A stretch of DNA of 63,485 nt, the filler included, from Olpidium bornovanus S191 (Eukaryota > Fungi > Olpidiomycota), in the NCBI GenBank assembly GCA_017911155.1. It is 32 parts of 32 records of this genome, joined end to end, with 100 filler letters (N's around TTAATTAATTAA, not from the genome) between each part and the next. Parts side by side here need not be neighbours in the genome. Positions count along the whole stretch, not along the records: positions 48,466 to 50,082 come from JAEFCI010004883.1; positions 50,183 to 51,531 come from JAEFCI010006432.1; positions 51,632 to 55,516 come from JAEFCI010004706.1; positions 55,617 to 58,699 come from JAEFCI010005378.1; positions 58,800 to 61,654 come from JAEFCI010010253.1; 27 more parts are not named here. One strand, written 5' to 3'. The position numbers and the translations under genes are program-made. Positions within the stretch are counted from its first letter, which is position 1. Every line of letters starts with the position of its first letter. Positions 48,986 through 61,464 of the stretch are shown in pieces. The notes below the pieces were generated by a model. The model saw only the letters and a program-made list of their open reading frames with translations, was not told where the DNA came from and ran no database searches.

Positions 48986-50082
48986 GCTCTCACTTCGCCT
49001 TTGTCTGCGCCGAGCTCCTTGTCCCTGTACACCTCTTCGCCCGCCGCCGCGTCAAATGACGTCTACGAGGCCCTCTCGGCCCACTACCTGTTTGCTGAGG
49101 CTCCACCGCAGGCCATCAAAAGCCTGGCCGACGGCATGCACATCCGGTTCTCTGTTCCGGGCGACGTCGTGATATCCGAGGGCGATCGGGGCCGGGCGAT
49201 GTTCCTGATCGTCCGCGGCGAGTGCCGTGTGCAGAAGTCCGCGGGCGATGTCGTGCTTGCTATGCTGAAAGCCGGACAGTTTTTTGGGGTGCGTGCGACC
49301 GCTTGGATCTGTCCGTCGGGCAAGTGGGGAAAGGCGGGGGAAGGCGGGGGAAAGGGAAGAGGGAGGTTGGAGAGGGGAGCGCAGCGCGGAGCGTCGACCT
49401 GATACAAGGCTGCCCGCCTTTTTTTTCCTTCTTTTTTTTCTTCCTCCTCCAGGAAATCGGTCTTCTCTTCGACCTGCCCCGCACCGCGTCCGTAATAGCG
49501 CATACGCGCTGCACGCTCCTCGTACTGACGAAACCGGACTTGGACGCCGCGGCCGAGCTTTTCCCGGACCTCAAGGTGCAGTTGCACCAGGAGGCGGAGC
49601 GGCGTTTGGAGATGTCGCGGCGGTGGCGCCGGGATAGCGGGCGAAATAACGGCGCCCCCAGCTTGTCCGGTGAAAGAAAGGGGCCCGCTTCCGAGATCAG
49701 TTTGTCGTCCGACGGCGCCGACCAGGCGTTCAGGACGCCGGCGCAGGACGCCGGCGACGTCTCCGATGCGTCCGATTACGAAGACTTCCAGGGCGTTGCG
49801 TCGTACACGTCCACTACGACTCAGGCGCTTCCCTTGTACGCGGTCACGACCGCTGCCTCGCCGCCCTTCACGGCCGATGCGGTTTTGCCCGACATGTTCC
49901 GCCGGCGGGGCTCCTCGATTGCCGACCGAGGACAGGTCGCCGCACCGAACCAATTCGCCCCGTCGCTGCACTCTCCAGGACTGTCTTCGTTCCCGTCGGC
50001 GTCGACCCTGGCGCGAATCAACAAAGAGGGCACGTCTTCTCCAACTTCGGCCCCGCTGGAGACCGACGTTCAGGGGCGCATG
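48737..50082 (+). CDS. Cyclic-nucleotide-binding domain protein with polyH/polyQ N-terminus, 3' truncated
   Basis: cNMP domain PGDVVISEGDRGRAMFLIVRGECRV...LKAGQFFG|EIGLLFDLPRTASVIA..RCTLLVL, split by a GTGCGT...CAG intron (about 49229-49452). Confidence 0.9.
48908..48982 (+). repeat. Pure (CAG)25 coding trinucleotide repeat
   Basis: 75 uninterrupted bases of CAG, encoding Q25. Confidence 0.98.
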
Positions 50083-50182
50083 NNNNNNNNNNNNNNNNNN
50101 NNNNNNNNNNNNNNNNNNNNNNNNNNTTAATTAATTAANNNNNNNNNNNNNNNNNNNNNNNNNNNNNNNNNNNNNNNNNNNN

Positions 50183-50358
50183 GAAGACGAGTTGCACAAC
50201 ATCGTCAAGGAGCAGACTTTTCTTAAGGATCAGGAAGCGGCTATCGACGACCTGGACGACGACCAGGTGGCGCTATCGGAGCTGCTGGACCGCCTGCGCC
50301 ATGCTCGACGACCTGCTCGCCTTCCTCGCACAGGAGATCGCCTTCGACGGCCACCTGG
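50183..50358 (+). CDS. Internal exon fragment of an acidic coiled-coil protein (possible frameshift near 50300)
   Basis: EDELHNIVKEQTFLKDQEAAIDDLDDDQVALSELLD, then in another frame AMLDDLLAFLAQEIAFDGHL ending at a GTGCGT donor. Confidence 0.4.
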
Positions 50359-50490
50359 GTGCGTCTCCGACCCTTCCCCACATACCACCAGGCTGACTCG
50401 CTCACCAGGGACGACAGGCCGCCGCCCGCAGCCCCCACCCCGCTTCCCTTCCGTCTTCGTCGTCGGCGCCGGCGTCTGGTGGTTTTTTTT

Positions 50491-50528
<38 letters not shown>

Positions 50529-51631
50529 TCGGGTTCCCGTTGCTTCGGGTGCGGGTGTCTGTCATCGACCGGGACGGGAGGGGCGGTGCCGCAGAGAAAG
50601 GGAAAAACCGCCCGCGCCGGCCAAACAGCGCGCGGTGGCACGCCCGGATCGCTCCTAGGCCAGACCGCAGAGAACGCGCGGCCGCCTTTCTGCACGCGCT
50701 GCTCGTCTCCCACTCTCGCGCGCGCACCCGCCTCCCGCTCTGTCTCTCTCACGCCCTCTCGTTTTCCCCCGAATCGAATTCTGTAGAAGTAGCTGATGGT
50801 TAACAGTGTGCGTACGTCCTTTATTACTACTCTCACATTTCATAATTGGCCAGCCGCTCCGTAACGTTCCAAGCGTCGCAAAGGGAAAAAGAATGCAGCA
50901 ACTTCGTTGGGAACGGTGGTTGCGTCTCTTTCGTTGCTGGTTGCCAAATACTCCGCCGTAAAACCTCCGGATTGTCAATTACGTGCCCTTCTTTTCCGCG
51001 AGGAAAGCGGGGCGTGCGCTCGCCATTCGACGGGCGAACTGAAATGAACATGATAGCGGTTTCCGATCAACGCCTTGCGAGATTATTCCGTGTACGAATT
51101 TACCAGCTGGCATATGAGTACTTCCCAGCAGGGCTGATAGGTGAAGGTGCAGTGAATGGCCCGTTTACGTTTCAATCGCCGCTTCGCTTTACGCGGAGGT
51201 TCACATGCAATCGCCGACTGCCTGGCGTCCAGACATTTATAGTGATGGAGCGTCCGTAGTCGATTTGCTTACATCTGTCGCTGAAATTCAGGAACCGACC
51301 CCGAAAACAAGGTGTTGCAGAGTGTCGGTCAATACAGTACCATCGTGCTGAGGAATGTTTAAACAATTACATAAAGGAACCTTCATGGAAATTGTCTCCC
51401 AGGCGCAGGTCATGAAACGCCCGCTGCCGGTTAGAGGGGTCGCGCCGATCTTTTGTCGCCTGCGGTTGCCAAAACATCACAACGAAACGTCCGCGCCGGC
51501 CTCTACCGTCCGCTCGGATCATAAAAACGCCNNNNNNNNNNNNNNNNNNNNNNNNNNNNNNNNNNNNNNNNNNNNTTAATTAATTAANNNNNNNNNNNNN
51601 NNNNNNNNNNNNNNNNNNNNNNNNNNNNNNN

Positions 51632-51844
51632 CATGATGATGTGGCCACGCATCTTTGTCGAGCTGATTGTCAAGATATTCGTCCTCTGTTGTACATAACC
51701 ACGAATCCGGTAATCGACGTGCGGGTCTCGCAGCGCCCAGTCGGAGTCGCTGTACATTTCGACTGCCCCGAGTTTCCTTGGTCGGTCGTAGCGAATTCCG
51801 AAGTGCGCCGTTCCTTTAAGGTGGTGCATTACCCGTTTGGCCAA
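51632..51844 (-). mobile_element. Ty1/Copia RT-RNase H junction relic
   Basis: AKRVMHHLKGTAHFGIRY...MYSDSDWA matches AKRvlRYLKGT...l.Y...gYsDsDwA. Confidence 0.8.
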
Positions 51845-52429
51845 TTGCTAATGTCGCCTTGTCGGCTTGGCGCAAAAACGCGCGACATACGGTACGGAAC
51901 GCGGCAGGCCGAGCGCCACGCCAAGGCGGCGACTGCTGGCGGGAAATTCCTGTGCCTTGCTGACCTCGGGGCTCGAAGCGAACGCCGGTCAGATCTGACT
52001 CGCGTTCGGCGGACGGTCGATCACCGTGAAGCACACGGACCTGGTAAGCGGAATTCAGCCGCCGAAACAATCCGCAACGTCCCACAGGGAAACGCGGCGC
52101 ACGGTACGCACCACGCTTGCCGACACACCCAGAAACCGACGGCGGCTCTCTGGTTCCGCGACGGCCGCTTGGGGGGGAAGGCCGTGAGGGACTGCGCCAG
52201 CGCAGGCACGTGGGTTGAGCGGTCTCCGTGAGGAGGGCGGCGCCTGCCTCCAAGCCGGGTTTCCGTCCTGCGCTGGAGAATGGCTGCCGTCCGGCTGTTC
52301 CTGCGCGACAGCAGGAGGACGGAAGTTGCAACGCAGAGCGGCCGCGTACCTGACGCCGCCGGAAAAAAAAAAAGAAAAAAGAAAAATTCCGTTCTAGGCC
52401 GCCGCAAGGGAACGCCGTTTTCCCGCCAA

Positions 52430-55353
52430 ATGGGAACGCCGCCGCCGCTGTCCGCCGCGCAGCTCGCCCTGCTGGTGCCGGGAATCTCCGCGGAGGCCGT
52501 CAGGGCCGACCCGGCGGCAGCGCTGCTCGACGTGCGTTCTCAGAGGAGCTCGGTGTTCGACGGTGAGGAGAGAGAGAGAGAAAGAAAACTCCGAATTCCG
52601 CCGACGGCCACGCCCGCTGGCCAAAAACACAAAAAAAAAAGTTCCTCTCAGCAGGCAGCCCTCTCCCGCGGCGTGGAGAGCGGAGGCCGCCTCCGCAACC
52701 CTGGGTGATCATGGCGGCCCCGACTTGCGCACGGAGGGCCCCGACTCTCTGCGCCTCCTGAGTCTTCTCCCTCTTTGACCGTGCACTCAGACGAAACCTT
52801 GCTCTTCTACCTCGCCGTCCGCCTCCCCGCCGGCACGTCGGAGGAGGCCGCGCGGGATGCGTTCGCGCTCTTGGAGCTGCAGGTCGACACGTCGATCATG
52901 GACGCGTCGACGTCGTCGTCGTCGTCTGCCTCCGCGTCCTCGTTGTCAGCGAGGCAGCACGCCGCCGACGCCGTCTTGCGGTCGTCTTCGTCCAGCCCGC
53001 CGTCGTCCGCGCGGCCTTACGGCTCGGGATCTTCGTCGCACCCCCGGCAGACGTCCATGCCGTCCAAGCTGCAGCGCGGCGGCGGCTGGAGCATCGGCGG
53101 CGGCGTGACCACCGCCACGCCGAGCCGCGTCTCCCGGACCGACGCGGACGCGGCTGGCGTTGCCGCCCAGGCCGGGTGCTCGTACGCTTACGACCGGGGC
53201 GACCAGAGCACGCCGCCGACGGTGTTCCAGGCCGAGGGCTGCTGGTGCTGCCTGTTCCCGTTGTCGGCGACGGTCGGTACGTCCCGGGCGGGGGGGAACG
53301 ACCTAAAGGGCCGGGCTTCTTTCAAAAATTCCGCGAGGGGCGGCGGCGACGGCGGAGTTGTCGAAGGCGGACGGAAGCGTCGGAAGCTTGGTCCCGCTCA
53401 CTCGAAATCCGGCGTCGCACAGCGAACTTCAACTTGGTGCGGCGCCAAGCCCCCACGCTCCTCATCTCGGTCTCCGTCACGCAGCTGTCGGTGTCGCTGA
53501 AGCCGGCCGGAGCGGAAGAGGACGACGCCGACTGGTGCGATCCGGAGAAAATAGATTCTGTGAATCTGCTGGGGGGCCTTGCGGACGGTGCGTATACCGC
53601 AAAGCCGGCGGTACGGGATTCAAACGGGCGCGCTCAACTGGTTCGTCGCACGCCCCGCGGGCTTTGTCGTTGCGCCAGGGATGTCGGCGGCCGGCGGTCT
53701 TTGCACCCTGAAAAACAGCGGGGGCAGCGTGCCGGTATACAAGATGCCGTCGACTCCACAACAAGGCGCCGCGGTTGTCCCGGCGACGCCGGCGGCGGCG
53801 ACCGCACCTGCGCGGCGGTTCGCCCGGAAGTCCCTCCCCGTTTGCTCCGCGCTAGCCGTCGCCGCACGCACGTCGCCGGTGTCGCCCGGCAACGACATTT
53901 TGTCCATCTCCATTTCCGCCAACGCAGGACTGCAGGACGAGCTGGAATTCAGCATGCGGCATATCGAGGTGGACGTGACAGATGCCGTCGTGAGCCCTTG
54001 CGCCCCCCTCAGCGTCGGAGCGGACAATGTAGGCTTTGTGTAGGATGCTGAACGGGGCGGCCCGAACCCGCAACTGTCACTTTTTCGCGCTTCCGACTGA
54101 GCAACCGGGAAACTGGAATGCCCCCTTCGTCGATACAGGAGATTGCGAAAATTAGAAACGCGGACGAAATGTCCATCCTGTACAGCGTTATCCTTGACGA
54201 TCCGACGACCGGCGCCCGCGGTGACGAGCCGGACATGGTCGGAGGCGCCCTGATGCCGCCGGGCGGTCCCGGGAGCCAGAATGCCCTTGCCTCGTCCCTC
54301 GCGCCGTCGGGCTGGCTGTTCGCCGACCACCGGCGGCCGATCGTGTCCGTGACGATCCACGGCGAGGTCTCGCGGGCGGACCTGGCGCCGCGGGAGGGGC
54401 GGTCCAGGTGGTACTTCCACTTCTGGACGCTGGCGGACGCGGCGGCGGCTGCGGCGGGCGGCCAGGCGAGGTCGAACGCGTTCGGCGGACCCCGGGCGCT
54501 GGAGCCCGCATCGGGCGACTTTTCGCAGCGGGCAGCGAGGTTGGGGCGGACCGAGCAGGGGAACCCGGTCCCTTCCGCGCGGCATTCGCGCGGCAAGCGG
54601 CCGAGCGAGTCGCGCCAGCACCATAAGATCGCGTCCAAGGACCGGCCGGGACCGGCAGGGATCAAGTCCATTATCGGGAAACTGTCCCGCCAGAAGGGCG
54701 GCGGCGGCGGCGGCAGTGGCGGGACGGCGTCGCCCGCGCCGGCGGTCCCGCAGTCGCCGGCCGGTGGTTCGGCGAGCTCCCTGGCCCCCCGGCCTCCGTC
54801 CCGCCTGTTTTCCGGCGGCCGGTCGTCGCCCGTGAGGACGAGCCTCCACTCCGTTTACGAGAGCCGGTCCGCCGACAAGCAGGCCGGGCCGCGGGAGACG
54901 CTCGTGGTCAGCTTTTCGGTCGCCGGCGAGACGACGGTCCGGCAGATCTTCACCCTCCGGGTGTTCATCGTCAACAGGACCGACCGGACCCGCATGCTGA
55001 CCATCATGATACCCAACCGGAGAAAAGTTCCCGTCCCGCTCGTCCCCGCCGCGGGCGCGCCGAACCAGGCGGCGCGGCAGGGAAACCTGATGTCGGCGGA
55101 CCTGCCGCCTCTGCCCGCCGACAGGAGGCTGGACCTGTGCATGGAGAACGCGGGTGGGTTAGAATGGAGGTTGTTCCGAGCCGGGTGCGGGACCGGCGAA
55201 AAAAAAAAAAAAACGGGGAACGAGGATGCGGTTACGCTGAAATGCAGGCTCTCGCTTCGCGGCGGCGGTTTCCCAGTTTTTCTCAAGCGTCACCTCGAGA
55301 ACGAGAAGAAAGAGGCCAGCGTGGTGTGCCTGGAGAACAACGTTCGGCTAACG
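52430..55353 (+). CDS. TRS65: TRAPP II complex subunit Trs65/TRAPPC14-like, multi-exon, 3' truncated
   Basis: N-terminal RSSVFD|DETLLFYLAV, INLL-type SVNLLGGL, and C-terminal LVVSFSVAGETTVRQIFTLRVFIVNRT...VVCLENNVRL resemble the fungal Trs65 domain. Confidence 0.65.
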
Positions 55354-55692
55354 TAAATTTTACCTTTCGTTTTTTTTTTCCCGGAGGCCTTACTGGTGAA
55401 AAAGCGCGCGTCACAGCCCTTCGACAAGGCGGGGACGGGGGGGGTTATTTCGTCCAACCACTTTGGTCGCCGGTCGACAATAATCCCCCCCCCCCGGCCC
55501 CCCCCCCCCCGCCCCCNNNNNNNNNNNNNNNNNNNNNNNNNNNNNNNNNNNNNNNNNNNNTTAATTAATTAANNNNNNNNNNNNNNNNNNNNNNNNNNNN
55601 NNNNNNNNNNNNNNNNCCTGCCCAAGCTTCCCCCCCCCCCCACCCCCGGATTTCAGTGTCGCTGATACAGCTGGTGGAACGAAACTGAATAG

Positions 55693-57084
55693 CCGGTCCA
55701 GAGAATATGCCGCTATCCTGCACTGATCAAGAAAATGCTCAAGTACACCTCACCGGATACCGAGCCAGAGACGCACGCGGAACTGGAAAGGGCGCTGCAG
55801 ATCGCCACGAGAACAGCAGCGGCCGTGAATGCTCAGAAGGAGAGGCGAGAGTCGACCGCACGGACGGAGCGCTTTTTATCGCGACTGGACGAGGAGTCTG
55901 TGAGTTTTTGAAGTTTCTGGCGTAAACTGCGCTTTCTGAAGATGTCGTCGGCCTAAACGGTTTGACGTTGACCGTGTTTTCCGCGGCGCTGGCCACCACA
56001 GAGATTACAACGATCTTTTGCAAGAACGTTCGGCGACATTCTGCTGGCTGGCCCGTTGGACGTCGTGCTGCTAAATCATGATCCGGCGGTATCGATTCCT
56101 CTGCGGGGGAAGTACCTTGGTTGCTTCGTCTTCAATCACTGGATGATCATCGCCCGCGTACGCCGCCGCTGCTTGACCTACGAGCCCCGCTACTGGTTTC
56201 CGTTGGCGCAATGTGACATCGTGTGCAATGTCGGAAACGAAAACGGTGGGTGCTGTGCTTCTTGCTCGGGCGGAACTCTGGGAGACGTTCCAACCCGCTT
56301 TGCCGAATCGACTGACGGTTTTGATCACACGAAATTGGCAGCTTTGTTCAAAAACTCGTTCCGCCTGGTGCACCTTCGCCAACTATACGAAATCGAGTTC
56401 GGAGCGTCGTCCTGCCAGGAACAGGCGGTGTGGGTGTCCGTTCTGAGGCGGGTGCTTGCGGGGAGCAAACTGGAATCGCCGGCGTCTCCAGAGGTGGAAA
56501 CGCAGCACTCCTCTCTGCGGCGGAAACCCCTGTACCTTGACACGAAGCTATTGTCCCGCGGAGCCGCGTCCGACACGGCCACGCCTTCACCGACGACGCC
56601 TTCCGAGGAACCTGAAGAAACTCGCGCCAGTGGGCCAGGACCCAGGAGCCCGTCCGGGTGGGATCAATGGCGGCTGAGCGGCACCTTCAGCGGCGTCGCG
56701 CGAGGCCGCAGCGCTGTGAACCTGGCGTCGGTGGCAGGTGGTGGAAGCGGCGGCGGTGGCGGCTCCGTGCGACCTCAGCAGCGGCCGCGGAGCGCGTCGT
56801 ACGACGTCAAAGCGTTTCTCCGGCGCTCGTCGAGCAGTGCCAGCCGCCGGGCGTACGTGGAGGAAAAGTTGGCAGACGTGTGCACGTCAGACATCCATAT
56901 AGCGCGCGCAAAGCGTCGCCTCACGGTGCAGACCGCCTCGCTGGCGCCGGCGTCCGGGCCGCCGTCCGGACCCTGCTTGAGCAGCGAGGGCAGGGGCGGG
57001 AGCCGCGAGAACATCCTCTCTGGCGCCATATCCGGCCTCCGCAGGAGTCTGAGCAATTTTCACGACAAAAGCGGCGGCACGTGA
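55693..57084 (+). CDS. Rho guanine nucleotide exchange factor (end of DH domain, PH domain, S/G-rich tail), last exons
   Basis: PVQRICRYPALIKKMLKYT...LERALQIA....AAVNAQK is the DH C-terminal helix. FGDILLAGPLDV...KYLGCFVFNHWMIIARV...YEPRYWFPL is a PH domain. Stop at 57084. Confidence 0.85.
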
Positions 57085-59905
57085 AGCGCCGGGGATTCAT
57101 GATAGGCGAGCTCCCGGTGTTGTTGCCACACGTCCTACCGCCGGTCTGTGAAATGGGGCTTAAACAGGGGTAAATTCGGAGGGATCTTGCACGTGTCGAA
57201 ACAGCAATTCTCCGGCGATCCCCATCATGCAAAGTTCGTCCACGTGTGCTTCACGTTTCCAGGCTTCAAAAATTTTGTTGGTGGTCGCCGCCGATAAGAT
57301 GAATGGTTTCTGGAAATGGGTGCGTCACGGAAGTCGGCTGCTTGGCGCATTGCGTGGTGCAGTCGGGTGCGCAGTTCAATGCGTGGAGCGCTGCTTCTCG
57401 GCGTGCCGCGACACCGTTTGGCGCGAAGGCGCGACAACAGTGCGATGGAGGTTTCCTTTTCTTTGCTGCTTGACGCTGCGGGAAAATTGGCGGCAGGTAA
57501 GCTTTTTGATCGTCTGTTATTTGCGGCTCCGACTAAAAGGCAAGCCGGTTACGCCGCACAAGGGCGGTTGGGGTGCGTTTCGCGGCAGCTTTTGAAAACG
57601 CAACCAGCTGGTCGCTTCGGCGGCGGGCGCCTTGTGTCGCACGGCGGGAGTTTTTGGCTGCGCGCTGAGCGTCCGGGCGGTCTTTCTGATTTGTCGATGT
57701 TTGCCGTCTGCGGAGGCCCCGGCCGGATGCCGTCGACAAGAGACTCGGGCGGGTTTGATGAGGCGGTCGCCCGAGGTCTAAGTAATTCGATCGGCGGCTC
57801 GACCTCGCGAACGCGCTCGGGCATTCGGGGAAAGAGGTGGAGGGAGGGGCGGGATTTCACGGCGGAGCTCTCGATTCGAATTTGCTTCGCGAGGAGCGCG
57901 GATAACACAGAAATTCGGTTGGTTCCCGAGCGGGGGGCCGGTGAGAAGACGGTTGAACAAAGAACGGGCTGGTCGCGCGTTTCCTTATTTTCGGCGTAGT
58001 ACTGCCAAACGACGAGCGTTTTCGCCGGCCGGCGCGCCGACCGCCCGCCCGCCGCTCCGACTTCCTCCCCCACCACTCCCCGTGGAGGCCCAGGTTTTGC
58101 TCACGGCTGCACGGATTATTCCGGCCGGGTGTGCCGTCATTAAGAGCGGCTGCTGGACCCGGAGCTTTCGGTGCTGCCGGCGGCGTGCTGCGGTCTGCGC
58201 AGCGGCTCAACTTTCCATCAACGTTCCGCGCGGCTTGCTGCCTGATGCGGCCGCGAGTCGCATGTTCAGGCCGCTGAACCGCCGAGCCGGCGCCTTTCCT
58301 GCCGGCGGCGCCATCTGTCTAGGCCGGAGACTTGCTGACAATGGGGAAACAGCTGCTGGCACGTGGATTCTCCTCTTGCAGGGTATATGAAGGGTGCCGT
58401 ATAGTACGTTAAGCCGGCCTGACGTGAATTAGCCCCGCATGTCGTGCTGGAAGTACTCCAGGTCGCAAGAAGGCGTTTTTGGTGACCGCAACCTCCGGTT
58501 TTCCCTGTTTAGCTTTATATGTTTTGGGTTATCGGTGACACATCGGCGGAAAAAAAAGCCTCAAATTGTTATGGCCAAGAGCGGGAGGGCAGATGAAGCA
58601 GCGCGCGAACTGCCGACCGCCTGGATGACATCGCTCGCCCGAGAACGCGCCGGATGCTCCTGGGGACGACCAGTAAGGGCTTAGACTCCTGCGTCATGCN
58701 NNNNNNNNNNNNNNNNNNNNNNNNNNNNNNNNNNNNNNNNNNNTTAATTAATTAANNNNNNNNNNNNNNNNNNNNNNNNNNNNNNNNNNNNNNNNNNNNC
58801 CTGCAAAATAGATTCCAAAAAGGAACTTCGCTAAACGTAGTCCAAAGATGCGAAAACTGCCAATAAACGCCCGGCTGTACTTTGCTGCATTTCTGTCCCA
58901 ATTCAATTCCCCGTCGCATGTTGGCAAGTAAGCTCGCAAGAAGCTTTTACCCATTTCTTGTTCGTATTTGACGCCGCTCCGTTTCGTCGTAGGCGGCATC
59001 AGTCATCAGGGCTTTCCCCCCCCCACCCCCTCACTTTAATCGACTTCGCCGACATTTTCTGTTTCGAGTTTTGACATCGCTTTTCTCGTCGGAATAACGC
59101 CGGGGAAAAAAAATGGCCAATTGCAGCATTCTGACGGGGCGCCCCGCACGAGTGCGTGGCAGGCAGTTTGGTATGAAAGAAACGCCAGGTTGGGCGGGAA
59201 AGAGGGGGGGGGGGCGGCGGGGGGGGCAGGGGGTTGGAAACGAGAATGACTGTATTCACGTGGGATAACGAGGCCGTCGTTAAGCACCGAAGGCCGTTTC
59301 CAAACTTCCCTGGCGAGCAGCATCTTCAGGGCGGAGGAGGGGTTGGCGCGCGCGCACGGGGCGCTCAGGACCTTCTTGCCCAGCCGCCTTTTGGGCGTGC
59401 GGTCTGGATGGGAAAAAAAAAAAAAAACTCCGCTTCACCCCACCTCCCCGCCGTACTCGCTTCGGATCGGCCGGGCGCGTGATTCGCAGCACGAACGCGC
59501 GCCCGGCGGCGTGTCCCGCCGTCCTTATTCTATTCCGGTCCGGAATTTTGTTGTTTCCTCATTGCTCCAAATCACGCGTGTGCGGGGGCAAGACGAAACG
59601 CCCGCTGGGTTCGGTAGCTGCGCGACCGACTCCCACCATTCGCCAGTTCCACCAGACCTCTCAACCCTCTGCGGGCCACCGCCGCGCCTCACTGCTTCCC
59701 GAAATCCGGAGCGTCGTTTTCTCCACGCGTGGAAAAGGTGTAGTGTAGACATCGTCAGCGCGTAGTTCGGCTGGTTCGCTCTATCCTCGTGAATGAAGCG
59801 TCTGTCTGTGTCTCTGGACTTTTTCCGGCGGTGGCGCGGAGGTTTCTTGGCGCAAAGAAAAGATTGTCCCCGCCTTTTTTTTTTTTTTTTTTTGGGGGGG
59901 GGCCC

Positions 59906-59946
<41 letters not shown>

Positions 59947-60067
59947 CCCCGCTCCTCTTTTTCTCTCTCACTCTCTCTCTCCCCCGCTCTCTTCTCTCTC
60001 TTCCCTCCTCTCCTCCTCCCGGGTCGCGTCCAGACGCGCGCCCGGCGCTTAAGGCGACGAGAATACC

Positions 60068-61428
60068 ATGGCCACCGCCGTCGGCGACGCCCTCCGGCCC
60101 GTGTGGAGCAGCGCCGCGTCCCTTCTGCACGGCGTGACGGCCGACTTGCAGGAGAGGCTGGTCTCGGCCGGGTTGGCCGCCGCCAGGCCTGCCGAGGCCG
60201 CCGCGGGCGCCCTCGTTGTCGTCGGCGGCGCCGGCGGAGGCGCCCGCCGCCCCTCGCCCGCCGCCGTGGCGACGGCGCTCGCCGTCCTCGGCGCGGCCAC
60301 CCTGGTCTCGTGGGCCGTGTCTGCGGCGGGCTTCCTTTCGCCCTACGTCCGCCCCTCGCGCCTGCGCCGCTTCAACCGCGCCGACAAGCGCAGGCCGTGG
60401 GCCGTGGTCACCGGCGCCTCGGACGGGATCGGCAAGGGCTTCGCGCAGGAGCTCGCGGCCGCGCGCTTCAACGTCGTCCTCGTCGCCCGCGACGAGGCCA
60501 AGCTCGCCGACGTCGCGCGCGAAATCGAGTACGAGTTTCCCGGCGCCTCGACCAGGGTGCTCGTCACCGACGCCGGCCGCCGCGACCAGGCGAGCTTCCT
60601 GGCCAAACTGGACGCCACCGTCGCCGCCCTGCCCGGCCCCGTCACCGTGCTCGTCAACAACGTCGGAAGGGCCAACGCTCACGTAGACGTGCTCGCCAGG
60701 CAGGACGACTACGACCTCGCCGACGTCGTCGTCGTCAACGACGTGTTTCCCGTCCTGATCACCAAGCGCCTCCTGCCCACCCTCGAGAGGAACCAGCCGT
60801 CGCTGATCCTGAACGTCGGCTCGTACGCTTCCGAAACGGCCATCCCGCACCTCGCCGTCTTCTGCGGCACCAAGGTTGGTACCCCGGATGAAACGGGGGG
60901 GCCGGGCCCGCGCCAGACGCCACCGCCGCTTTAGAGATTTTCCCTGCCGCTTCGGGGGATAAGAAAAAAGAAACAAGGAGATTTTGCGCGACGTTTTGAA
61001 AAGAGACGTTCACCGTCGCGACTAATAGCTCCCCCCTTTCTTCCGGCGCGGCGCGATCGCCCCGCCCCCCGACGGTGCGCGCTTCTTAGGCTTTCATCAA
61101 AACCTGGAGCGAGTCGCTGCACTTTGAGCTCCGGATGGCCGGCGGCGGAGCCGCGGGGGTTGAGTGCCAGCACCTGTTGGTGGACCAGGTGCACAGCGGC
61201 TCCAACCGCACCCCGGTGGGCCTGTTCTGCCCGGACGCGCGCACGTTCGCCCGCGCCGCGCTGCGCGTTTCCAGCCGCCGCCCCGTCGTCACCCCCTACT
61301 TCCCGCACGCCCTCTACTTCGGAATCTTCCGCCGCCTGCCCTCGTTCGTGACCGACTGGCTCGTGCGGAGGACCGCCAGAGAGCTGAAGAGGAAGGCCGA
61401 CAAGCCGGTTTACGTTGTGGCGGCTTGA
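60068..61428 (+). CDS. 17beta-HSD12/KAR-family SDR with catalytic Tyr replaced by Phe (exons 60068-60874, 61090-61428)
   Basis: N-terminal membrane segment, WAVVTGASDGIGKGFAQELA, NVVLVAR, VLVNNVG, ILNVGS, LAVFCGTK|AFI..WSESL..EL and TPYFPHAL. Confidence 0.9.
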
Positions 61429-61432
61429 CGCA

Positions 61433-61464
<32 letters not shown>

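Noticed and set aside
59525-60976. 483-aa minus-strand ORF and similar long antisense ORFs (for example 29806-30519, 25898-26806, 13982-14797, 53620-54849)
   Set aside because: These are shadow ORFs opposite GC3-rich real genes and have no domain content.
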